DNA from: a virus
Lineage: Duplodnaviria > Caudoviricetes
IMG/VR virus record: IMGVR_UViG_3300048851_000036
Span: 1 to 40,660 of that record
Reading direction: 5' to 3' (one strand)
DNA length: 40,660 bases
Position numbers and translations under genes: made by a program
Shown here: in pieces, positions 26,972-35,450 of the stretch
Layout: each line of letters begins with the position of its first letter
Numbering within the stretch: the stretch's first letter is position 1
Notes under the pieces: generated by a model
The model's input: the letters and a program-made list of their open reading frames with translations, nothing else
The model's database searches: none
What the model was told of the DNA's origin: nothing

Positions 26972-27360
26972 TGTTCGCGGACATTCAGGATGTGGTCGAC
27001 CGCTTTGAGGGGACTATCCCCGATGAGCGGCTCGGTTGGGTTGAGAAGAAGCTGGCCGACGCGGAGACGATCCTCACGGGGTTGGTTCCGTCGCTCACTT
27101 ATCCTGACGTGTCCGCGCAACGTCTCGCGCAGGCGAAGATCCTGGTGTGCGACAAGGTGCTCGAGTTGTACCGAAATCCGGACGGCTCTACGTATCGGAC
27201 GCAAACCTATGGGTCGATGACCGATGCCCGTTCGTTCTCGAAGGAAGTTGCGTCGGGTCGGATGGTGTTCACCGAGGCCGAGTTGCAGTCGGTTAGGCCG
27301 CCACGAACGCGGCGACGATTCGGTTCCATTCCTGTGTCGCCTTGGGGTGTTCCGCTGTGA
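26971..27360 (+). CDS. Head-to-tail adaptor
   Basis: FA...DV..R...L.DAE...V...RNPDG. Confidence 0.8.
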   Translation: MFADIQDVVDRFEGTIPDERLGWVEKKLADAETILTGLVPSLTYPDVSAQRLAQAKILVCDKVLELYRNPDGSTYRTQTYGSMTDARSFSKEVASGRMVFTEAELQSVRPPRTRRRFGSIPVSPWGVPL

Positions 27361-27677
27361 ATACCGTGGTGACCGCGCATGTCTCGGTGCCTGTCGAAGT
27401 CGATCGAGTTGGTGATCCGGTGGGCGAACCTGCCGAGTTCGACATCGAAAACGTGTGGGTGGGTTGGGAGTCGTCGGAGGAGGTCAACGAGTTCCGTGAA
27501 TCGACAGTGTCGAACACGATCTTGTGGATCCCCGCCGACGCCCCCACCATTCCCAACACGGCAACGATTCGATTCAATGAGTCGGACTGGATGGTGGACG
27601 GAAAGACCGGCGCCAGTGTGCATCCGATGTCGGGCTTTCAGTTCGGCCGCAAGCCCGTACCTGTCAAGGAGGCGTGA
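27357..27677 (+). CDS. Head-to-tail stopper
   Basis: Position; W.VDG...HP..G motif. Confidence 0.7.
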   Translation: MNTVVTAHVSVPVEVDRVGDPVGEPAEFDIENVWVGWESSEEVNEFRESTVSNTILWIPADAPTIPNTATIRFNESDWMVDGKTGASVHPMSGFQFGRKPVPVKEA

Positions 27678-27982
27678 TGGAGAACTTTCGTTACGACTAC
27701 CGCGGTATGGGTGAGTGGTTGAAGGGTCCGGAGGCTCGGGATTTGGTGCGGGCTAAGGCGAATCGTGCTGAGGAGTTGTATCAGGCGATCGTTACCCGCC
27801 GTACGGGTCAGTTGGCGGAGTCGACTCGTGTGGAGTTGTCGGTCGGTGGCGCCCGGAATGATCGGTGGGTTGCGGACTTGGTTGTGGGTGCACCGTATGC
27901 GGCGTCTCACGAGTTCGGTACTCAACATCAGTCGGATGCTGACGATCTGAACGTGGTGTTGTCGATGCTGGGGTCGGTGTGA
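27674..27982 (+). CDS. Neck protein (HK97 gp10-like)
   Basis: RTGQLA.S...YAASHEFGT. Confidence 0.7.
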   Translation: MMENFRYDYRGMGEWLKGPEARDLVRAKANRAEELYQAIVTRRTGQLAESTRVELSVGGARNDRWVADLVVGAPYAASHEFGTQHQSDADDLNVVLSMLGSV

Positions 27983-28404
27983 CTCTTCCCGGTTCGTGGG
28001 CGCCGCAGTTCCCTGACCAAGAGGTTGTGGTCATGGATTTGCTTCAGCCGCATCTTAATGAGGTGAATGGTCTGGCTGTCACGTGGATTCCCGCGAAGGA
28101 TGAGCTCGAGGCTCGGTTGAAGACTGGTGTTGTTGTCCGTGTGCATCGCCTTGGTGGTGGTGTGGACGGGATGGTTGATACCGGCACCATTCAACTCGGT
28201 GTGATCGCGAAGTCCCGTGCCATGTCGTGGGCTGTTCTGGGTCATCTTCGTGACGTTTTGCTCGACTTCGCGCCTGGTGATGTTGGTGGTGTTGCGGTCG
28301 CTGGTATCGAGGAGATGACCGGGCCGCTTCAGTTGCCGGAACTGTCACCGGATCGTCGACTGGTGCAGGGCCTTTTTCGGGTCGCCTGCCGCAAAATCCG
28401 CTAA
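27979..28404 (+). CDS. Tail terminator
   Basis: Position before the major tail gene; V.V.R.GG motif. Confidence 0.7.
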   Translation: MTLPGSWAPQFPDQEVVVMDLLQPHLNEVNGLAVTWIPAKDELEARLKTGVVVRVHRLGGGVDGMVDTGTIQLGVIAKSRAMSWAVLGHLRDVLLDFAPGDVGGVAVAGIEEMTGPLQLPELSPDRRLVQGLFRVACRKIR

Positions 28405-28485
28405 CCAACACAAGATTCACCCCGGACTCGCCCGAGTCGCGGGGCATTTGTAATGCCCAGATTCGGGCGAAACCAAGGAGGCCTC

Positions 28486-29430
28486 ATGGCTACTTACAAG
28501 GAACTCCAGGACCGTGCTGATCGGCTGGTCCTCGTCCCCACGAACTGCGTCATCCTCGCCCGCGAGTGGGATCCGGATGGCGCTACCCCGATCACCACCG
28601 TCGTCGATGAAGATGGCGTGTTGCTCGACTTCGCTGCACTCGGTTTCGAGACGGTCGGCATGATTGACCAGAAGGCCGGCGTCGACATGAGCCCGGACCT
28701 GAAGTTCGGCGCGATCATGGGCTACGGCGCCCGCGGTGCTCGTCGCCGCCCGAAGGAGTCCGAGGACTTTTCGCTGGGCTTCACCATCCAGGAGCAGCGG
28801 TCCATCGGTACCCGTATCGCGATGAACATTCTGTCCGAGCAGATCGTGGCGGACGGCCAGGGCGGCTGGTACGTCAAGAAGGAAGACACCGACGACGCCC
28901 TGTACTGGGATGTCCTCGTCATCGCCTACGACGGCAAGTTGGGTTCGGAAATCTATCCGTGGTGGTGGTACCCGCGGATGGGATTGTCCGAGGGCGGCAA
29001 GAAGGCCATGTCGATGACCGAGGCTCTCGGTGAACCGGTGACCCTCAGCGTGTTTGAGGACGACACCAACGGCCTGTACTACCGCGGCATCACCGGCGAA
29101 GGCTGGGCACCGCTGAGCGGTCTGGGTGGATTCCCCGGCGCGACCGCGTGGGATGTGGCGATCACCGGCTCCCCGGCGGGCGGCACCTACCAGTTGACGG
29201 TCACCCTCAACGGCGACACCCAAACCACATCAGCGTTGGCGTACAACGCTGCAACGTCGGCCGTGCAGGCTGCGTTGGTGGCGTTGTCGAACGTCGGGGT
29301 TGCGGGTGCTGTGGTCTCCGGTACTCCGACCGCGTACGAGGTCACTCTCGCGAACGGGGGTGTTCTCGGGAAGGGCACGATCGCCCTGACCGGTGGCACC
29401 ACACCGAACGTCACCATCACTCCCGCCTGA
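28486..29430 (+). CDS. Major tail protein with C-terminal extension domain
   Basis: AAGGAGG RBS; C-terminal ITGSPAGGTY.LT...T.ALAYNA....VQAAL.AL.NV. Confidence 0.85.
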   Translation: MATYKELQDRADRLVLVPTNCVILAREWDPDGATPITTVVDEDGVLLDFAALGFETVGMIDQKAGVDMSPDLKFGAIMGYGARGARRRPKESEDFSLGFTIQEQRSIGTRIAMNILSEQIVADGQGGWYVKKEDTDDALYWDVLVIAYDGKLGSEIYPWWWYPRMGLSEGGKKAMSMTEALGEPVTLSVFEDDTNGLYYRGITGEGWAPLSGLGGFPGATAWDVAITGSPAGGTYQLTVTLNGDTQTTSALAYNAATSAVQAALVALSNVGVAGAVVSGTPTAYEVTLANGGVLGKGTIALTGGTTPNVTITPA

Positions 29431-29438
29431 TGAATGTT

Positions 29439-29472
29439 CCCCGCGCCGCGCTTCTGGTGACGCGGCGCGGGG
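29439..29472 (+). terminator. 12-bp GC stem-loop after the major tail gene
   Basis: CCCCGCGCCGCG-cttctggtga-CGCGGCGCGGGG. Confidence 0.7.
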
Positions 29473-29476
29473 AGCT

Positions 29477-29505
29477 TCACCAGAACCTCACCAGAACCTC
29501 ACCAG
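29477..29505 (+). repeat. 11-nt tandem repeat TCACCAGAACC (about 2.6 copies) running into the RBS
   Basis: TCACCAGAACC TCACCAGAACC TCACCAG-GAG. Confidence 0.85.
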
Positions 29506-29514
29506 GAGAACGCA

Positions 29515-29922
29515 ATGGCTGCATCATCCCCACGTAAAGCTCCCGCCAAGAAGGCTGCCCCGAAGAAGACGACCGAGGCGAAGGTCGCCCAGTTCGACGA
29601 ATACCGGGCCAGAGCACACGGCGTCGACCTACCTGACCTCCCCGACTTCAGACCCTATGAGGTCAAAGGATTCGACCCGCCGATCGTCGTTCCGAAGCCG
29701 AGCCTCAAAACGCAGGTTCGGGTGGACAGATTTGTCCGGGCCGGCATGCAGATCGATGCGCTCGAGGCGATCGTCGGCTCAGACAACTTCAACCGGATCT
29801 TAGACGCTTTCGACTTGTTCGACGACGGCGACCGCCTCCTGTTGGGTCTGTTCTATTCGATGAGCGACCACTTCAGCGGCAAGGGTGCCAGTGAAGTGCC
29901 GGGGGGTACCTCGGCCTCGTAG
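29515..29922 (+). CDS. Tail assembly chaperone (G)
   Basis: Between major tail and tape measure genes; slippery G GGG GGT near the 3' end. Confidence 0.85.
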   Translation: MAASSPRKAPAKKAAPKKTTEAKVAQFDEYRARAHGVDLPDLPDFRPYEVKGFDPPIVVPKPSLKTQVRVDRFVRAGMQIDALEAIVGSDNFNRILDAFDLFDDGDRLLLGLFYSMSDHFSGKGASEVPGGTSAS

Positions 29923-30359
29923 ACCTCATTGGAGGCTACGGGGCGGCCCTTCGTTGGGACTTGCACCAAATGCACCTCGATTTGAACGAATGGCTTCGGG
30001 GTGAACGTGATTGGCGCGATCTGTTTGATCTGGAACCGTATCTACGGCGCCAGCAAGGGTCCGCGTATTTTGCGGCGCTCATAGAGGACGAGGACATGGC
30101 GGAGGCCATGGTCGGCCCCGACGGAGAGCTTGATCTTCCGGAACCGCCCGAGAATCCACCACATTTCGGGTGGACGCCGAAGCGAGCAGACGACGCAGAG
30201 ATTAAAGACCTTCTATGGAAGTTGATCTACGTCACCGCCAGGTCTGAGAAGAAACCACCCGAGGTGTCTCGGCCTAAGTCTGCGGTCGAGCAAGTCAAGG
30301 AACGGATCGCAAAGATCCGGCATTCGGGATTCGTGCAGAAGCTCGGGTTCAAAGACTGA
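29901..30359 (+). CDS. Tail assembly chaperone -1 frameshift extension (T part of G-T)
   Basis: The -1 frame is open from 29901: GGYLGLVDLIGGYGAALRWDLHQM... Confidence 0.8.
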   Translation, partial: GGYLGLVDLIGGYGAALRWDLHQMHLDLNEWLRGERDWRDLFDLEPYLRRQQGSAYFAALIEDEDMAEAMVGPDGELDLPEPPENPPHFGWTPKRADDAEIKDLLWKLIYVTARSEKKPPEVSRPKSAVEQVKERIAKIRHSGFVQKLGFKD

Positions 30360-30381
30360 AACCTATTGCGCTGGAGGTGAA

Positions 30382-33300
30382 GTGGCAACCTATTCCGCCG
30401 GCGAAGCCTCAGTCAGAATAAGCCCGTCCCTCCAAGGATTCGCAGCAGAACTCCGGCGCGAACTGGAACGGATGGACGCCACTTTCGCCGTTGATGTCGA
30501 GGGCGATCTCACTCGCCTCCGTCAGCAATTGGCTGCGTTCCGCGAAACCGTCACCGTCGATGTGGACGGCGACCTCACGATGCTGCGTGCACGTCTCGCG
30601 GCGATGCAGAATTATCAGATCAACGTCGGCGTCAACGCGGACACGGCCCTCGCTGAAGCCCAGCTGGCATTCCTGGCTCGGGATCGCACCGCCAACATCA
30701 ACGTCAATGTGAATGGCGGCGGCCTGGGGTCGCTCGGTTCCAGCATGGGACGTATCGGGCAGCAGGCCGGCGGGGTCAGCAGCGCTCTCACGTCGATGGC
30801 GGGTGCGACTGCAGGGATCGTCGGTGTCGCTTCTGCCATCGCGTCCATCGGCGGTGCTGCAGGTGCAGCCCTGGGTGCTGTCGGCGCGTTGGCGATCGGC
30901 CTGTCCTCTGTGGGTGTTGCTGGTGCCGGTGGTATCAGCACCCTGCTCGTGGGGCTGAACGGTGTGGGTGATGCGTTCTCCGCAATCGGGGATGCATCGT
31001 CGGGTGCCGGTGGGGCAGCGACGGATTCGGCCCGTGCGGTGACGTCGGCAGAGAATGCTTTGACGTCCGCCGTGAAGGCTGAGCAGCGCGCCCAGGAGGA
31101 CGTTGAGCGCGCCCGCAAAGACGCTCTCGAGCAGTTGGAGGACTACAACCTCGAACTCCGATCCGCTGCTTTGTCGGAGCAGGACGCGGTCCTGTCGCTG
31201 GCGGAGGCGAAACGTGATCTCGCCAAGGGTGACTTCGATGACCCACTGGATCGTCAGCGTGCGGTATTGCGTGTCGCCGAGGCTGAGCAACGGTTGGCTG
31301 AGGTCCGCGAATCCAACGGCGACCTCGAGGAAAAGGCCGCGGACGCCCGACAGAAGGGCGTGGATCAGGCCGACGAGGTTGTTTCCGCGAACGATCGGCT
31401 GGCTGAATCGCAGCAGCGGGTAACCGATGCGCAGCAGGCGTTGGCGGATGCCCAAGCTCCCAGTGGCGGCGGCGGAATCGACAAGGTCGCCGAGGCAATG
31501 GCGAAGCTGTCGCCGGAGGCCCAAGGGTTCGTGCTGGCGATGACCGCATTGAAACCTGCGTGGGATGAGTTGCAAAACTCGGTGCAGGACAAGATGTTCG
31601 AGGGCCTTGGGGTTGTTTTCACTGACCTCGCGACCACGGTTTTGCCGACACTGCAGCAGGGCATGGGTGCGGTCGCGGGATCGATCAATGGAGCCGCACG
31701 CGAGTTCGCCGCGTTCTGGTCGTCTGCCGCCGCACAAGAGGGTTTGCAGGCGGTGTTCGCCGGGACCGCGGACTTCATCACAGCCCTACAGCCTGGACTT
31801 GCCGCACTGACCCAGGGCTTCCTCTCAATGGCTATTGCGATGGCCCCGGTGATGGATCAGATCGGTGCCGGGTTTGGGCAGATGTTCGCGCAGATCGGCG
31901 CCGCTCTCAGTGAAATTGACACCTCGTTCTTCTCCACGTTTGCCGAGTTCCTGGGCCCCGTCGGGTCGTTGCTTGGTGATGTTGTCCGGACCCTGACGGA
32001 ACTAGGAACGCAGGTCATGCCTGCTCTCGGACCGTTATTGGTGGCGTTCGGCGATGCCCTGGTGACAATGGCCGGTCCGATCGGCGAACTGGGCGCCGCG
32101 TTCGCAACAGCCCTGACCCCAGTCCTACCTGTGGTCGCGGACCTGATTAATGCTCTCGCTGACGGGCTGGCCCCCCTGCTGCCGATCTTGTCGACGGCTT
32201 TGCAGACTGTTGGACAGGCGCTCATCACGGCACTGCCGATCGCCGCACCTGTCATCGAGCAGTTGGTGGGATTGTTCGGGAACCTCCTCGCTGCGATTGC
32301 ACCCCTACTGCCGCCGCTGATCGAGTTGACGGCCGCGATCCTGACGCCGCTGATAGGGATTGTGCAGCAGGTAGTGGCTGCCCTGGCCCCGTTCATCACA
32401 CAACTAATCTCGCAGCTTCAGCCCGTAATCACCGCTCTCACACCCGTGTTGGCTGAGGTGGGCCGGTTGATCGGTGACGCGATGGTTGAGGCGTTGAACA
32501 CGATGCTGCCGATCATGGGGCCGTTCGTTCAAGCTTTGCTGGACTTGATGATGGCGATGCTGCCGATGCTTCCGGCGTGGACAAAGCTTGCCGCAGAGTT
32601 GTTGCCGCTCACCATGAATGGGATGCGGGTCATGATGCCCGTCCTGACGTTGCTGATTCAAGCGTTCACGGAGTGGGCGCAGCTGGTGATGCCGCTGGTT
32701 GTTGGCGCGCTTAATGCAGTGTCTACGGTCATCGGTGTTCTGGGCGGTGTGGTGAACGGCTTGCTCACCGTGTGGAACACCGTCATGACCGGCATCAAGG
32801 ATGGCGTCACCAGCGCCGGCAGTTGGGTGACCACCAAGTTCGACGAGCTGGTCGGGTTCGTGACCGGTCTACCGGAGCGGATCAAGAACGCCGCCACAGG
32901 AATGTGGGACGGCCTAAAAGATGCGTTCAAGAATGCCATCAACTGGATCATTCAGAAGTGGAATGATCTCGAACTGAAATTGCCAGAGATAAAGGTGCCC
33001 AACCCATTTGGCGATGACGTCAAAGTAGGTGGGCAGTCTCTGTCAACGCCCAATATCGCGTTGCTCGCTACAGGTGGTGCCGTCACCGGGCCGGGTGGTC
33101 CGCGTGATGACCAGGTTTTGGTCGCAGCTTCCAATGGCGAGTACGTCATCAACGCGAAGTCCACTGCTGCATACCGGCCCCTCATCGAGGCGATCAATGC
33201 CGGCACTATCCCGAAGTTTGCTGACGGTGGAGAGATCAGCGCCTTCCCTCGCAACGAAGGACTTGAAGGTGCCCCGTACGTGTGGGGCGGTGTCCATTGG

Positions 33301-34572
33301 GGTGACTGCTCCGGGGCGATGAGTGCGATCGCTCGCTTTGCTGTCGGCTTGGATCCGTGGGGCGGAAGGTTCTCTACCGCCACCCAGGGCGCTGATCTGG
33401 CTGCGATGGGGTTCCAGTCCGGGCTGGGCGGCTCAGGGGATCTTCGATTCGGTTGGTACAACGGCGGACCTGGAGGCGGTCACACTTCCGGCACCCTCCC
33501 TGACGGCACAAACGTTGAGATGGGTGGCGCTCGCGGTGACGGTCAGGTTGGTGGCGGCGCAGCTGGTGCCGATGACCCGATGCACACCGATCACGCGCAC
33601 CTGTCTGTGGCCGGCGCAGCACCGTGGGTCATTCCCGGCGGCGACTATCAGTCACAGACTCCGGGTGCTGACACGGTCCCTGGGTGGGGTGAGGACGGAT
33701 CGACAGGCTCGGGTAGTTCTTCGAGCTCGAGCGGCTCGACCGGTTCATCGTCCCCATCGTCGTGGTCCGATGTTGCCGGCATAGGCGCAGCGGCATTCGC
33801 CAAGGGCATGGTGTCGGACCTACTTGGAGTGTTCGGCATTCCTGATTCGATGCCCCCTGCGGTGCAGGCGTACAACCAGTTCCAGGAGAACAAAACCCCG
33901 ATCACGGATCCGGGAACAACGGGCAGCGCCAACGACAACATCGACTTCGCGCCCAACCCTTCGCCAGCCCCCGCAGCGCCTCCTCCTCCTGCCGCCCCTG
34001 TCGACAATTCCCCACAGGGCGCGGTCAAGCGGGCGTTCCAGCCCATGGGGTGGGACACCGGAGCGCAGTGGGATGCAACCGATTTCATCGTCACGAAAGA
34101 GTCTGGGTGGAATCCGCTAGCTCGCAACCCTTCATCTGGGGCGTTCGGATTGTTCCAGTTCCTCGGCTCCACCAAGGATGCCTATTTGCCTGACGAGAAT
34201 CCTGACCCATTCATTCAAGGGCAGGCCGGCGGGCGATACATCGGCGACCGGTATGAGACACCCGTGCTGGCGCGCGAGGCGTGGGAAGCGCAGGGCTGGT
34301 ATGCGGACGGCGGCTACGTGTCCGGTGCGGGTGGTCCTCGTTCGGATTCCATTCCCGCCTACCTGAGCAACGGAGAGTATGTGGTCAATTCGATGGCGAC
34401 CCGCCAGAACATGCCGATCTTGGAGGCGATCAACTCCGGGCAGCAGGTGTCGTCTGGCGTCACCCACAACCACTACAACAATGTCTCCACCGCTCGTGTT
34501 GAGGATGCGTTCTGGGAGTTGCGTCAAAAGCAGGACCGCGACGCTGCGATGACCGTGACGGGGTACCGCTGA
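30382..34572 (+). CDS. Tape measure protein with C-terminal peptidoglycan-hydrolase motifs
   Basis: 1396 aa, Ala/Leu-rich; PYVWGG..DCSG...GHT and KESGWNP.A.NPSSGA.GLFQ motifs. Confidence 0.95.
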   Translation: MATYSAGEASVRISPSLQGFAAELRRELERMDATFAVDVEGDLTRLRQQLAAFRETVTVDVDGDLTMLRARLAAMQNYQINVGVNADTALAEAQLAFLARDRTANINVNVNGGGLGSLGSSMGRIGQQAGGVSSALTSMAGATAGIVGVASAIASIGGAAGAALGAVGALAIGLSSVGVAGAGGISTLLVGLNGVGDAFSAIGDASSGAGGAATDSARAVTSAENALTSAVKAEQRAQEDVERARKDALEQLEDYNLELRSAALSEQDAVLSLAEAKRDLAKGDFDDPLDRQRAVLRVAEAEQRLAEVRESNGDLEEKAADARQKGVDQADEVVSANDRLAESQQRVTDAQQALADAQAPSGGGGIDKVAEAMAKLSPEAQGFVLAMTALKPAWDELQNSVQDKMFEGLGVVFTDLATTVLPTLQQGMGAVAGSINGAAREFAAFWSSAAAQEGLQAVFAGTADFITALQPGLAALTQGFLSMAIAMAPVMDQIGAGFGQMFAQIGAALSEIDTSFFSTFAEFLGPVGSLLGDVVRTLTELGTQVMPALGPLLVAFGDALVTMAGPIGELGAAFATALTPVLPVVADLINALADGLAPLLPILSTALQTVGQALITALPIAAPVIEQLVGLFGNLLAAIAPLLPPLIELTAAILTPLIGIVQQVVAALAPFITQLISQLQPVITALTPVLAEVGRLIGDAMVEALNTMLPIMGPFVQALLDLMMAMLPMLPAWTKLAAELLPLTMNGMRVMMPVLTLLIQAFTEWAQLVMPLVVGALNAVSTVIGVLGGVVNGLLTVWNTVMTGIKDGVTSAGSWVTTKFDELVGFVTGLPERIKNAATGMWDGLKDAFKNAINWIIQKWNDLELKLPEIKVPNPFGDDVKVGGQSLSTPNIALLATGGAVTGPGGPRDDQVLVAASNGEYVINAKSTAAYRPLIEAINAGTIPKFADGGEISAFPRNEGLEGAPYVWGGVHWGDCSGAMSAIARFAVGLDPWGGRFSTATQGADLAAMGFQSGLGGSGDLRFGWYNGGPGGGHTSGTLPDGTNVEMGGARGDGQVGGGAAGADDPMHTDHAHLSVAGAAPWVIPGGDYQSQTPGADTVPGWGEDGSTGSGSSSSSSGSTGSSSPSSWSDVAGIGAAAFAKGMVSDLLGVFGIPDSMPPAVQAYNQFQENKTPITDPGTTGSANDNIDFAPNPSPAPAAPPPPAAPVDNSPQGAVKRAFQPMGWDTGAQWDATDFIVTKESGWNPLARNPSSGAFGLFQFLGSTKDAYLPDENPDPFIQGQAGGRYIGDRYETPVLAREAWEAQGWYADGGYVSGAGGPRSDSIPAYLSNGEYVVNSMATRQNMPILEAINSGQQVSSGVTHNHYNNVSTARVEDAFWELRQKQDRDAAMTVTGYR

Positions 34573-35450
34573 TGTACGTCGCAACGATCGAACTGGAGAC
34601 TGACACCGACTATTGGAAGGTCTCTGGGCCGGACGGGGATTTCGGTGCCGAGGGTGCCGAACTCGATCAAACCCCGAAAGGGATGTTCTCCACGGCGTTC
34701 ACGACCCGCACCATTTCGGGGGCGTACCAGATTGGCGGGCGGGCTGTCGGTCACGAGATACCAATCCGGGCAATGACTTTGCCGTTCAACCTGTACGACA
34801 TGGGAGCGGGTATTGAGGATACCGTCTCCCGGTTCCTGAAGATGTGGCGCATGGGCCAGACCGTCACCTGGAAGTACACCACTGCCATTTCTGGGACTCG
34901 ATGGTTGAAGCTACGGCTATCACAGCAGATCGAGTTTTCGCCGAAGCGGGACTGGAACCTGGACGGGTATGCGCGAGCGGTGGTCAGTGCGATCGCGTTG
35001 CAGCCGATGTACGAGTCGGATTCCGATAACGAATCATGGTCCAACCCCTCTGCAGGTACGCACACCGGCTGGCTGACTCTGTCGAATCCCACGGACCAGG
35101 ACATGTACTTGGAGTGGTCGATCGACCCAGCAACATCGTGGGCGTTCCCCGACTTCTCGTTCGGCAACGAGAAGAAATGGCGTCGTCCAGCCGGGGCTGA
35201 TGACGATCGGATGATCGTCACCCCCGTTCTGACTCAGAAGCTTTCAGTGATGGCAGACCCGGACTACGACACATACATTTCCGAAGACCTGTCGAACGCT
35301 GCCGGTTTGTTCAACGGCGTGGAGCCGATGTACTTCGTCCCCGCCTACACCGAACCGATTGAGGTGCCAGTGATCTGCAACGGTCCAGCGGACTCGACGA
35401 TCACGATGACCATGCGCCGTTTGTGGTCCGCCGAAGGGGGGCTCGAATGA
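34572..35450 (+). CDS. Minor tail protein (distal tail/Dit-like)
   Basis: First gene after the tape measure; NPTDQ..W...PDFS. Confidence 0.8.
   Translation: MYVATIELETDTDYWKVSGPDGDFGAEGAELDQTPKGMFSTAFTTRTISGAYQIGGRAVGHEIPIRAMTLPFNLYDMGAGIEDTVSRFLKMWRMGQTVTWKYTTAISGTRWLKLRLSQQIEFSPKRDWNLDGYARAVVSAIALQPMYESDSDNESWSNPSAGTHTGWLTLSNPTDQDMYLEWSIDPATSWAFPDFSFGNEKKWRRPAGADDDRMIVTPVLTQKLSVMADPDYDTYISEDLSNAAGLFNGVEPMYFVPAYTEPIEVPVICNGPADSTITMTMRRLWSAEGGLE

Noticed and set aside
30409-31737. 442-aa minus-strand ORF and similar long antisense ORFs
   Set aside because: Shadow ORFs of GC-rich coding genes with no recognisable motifs.
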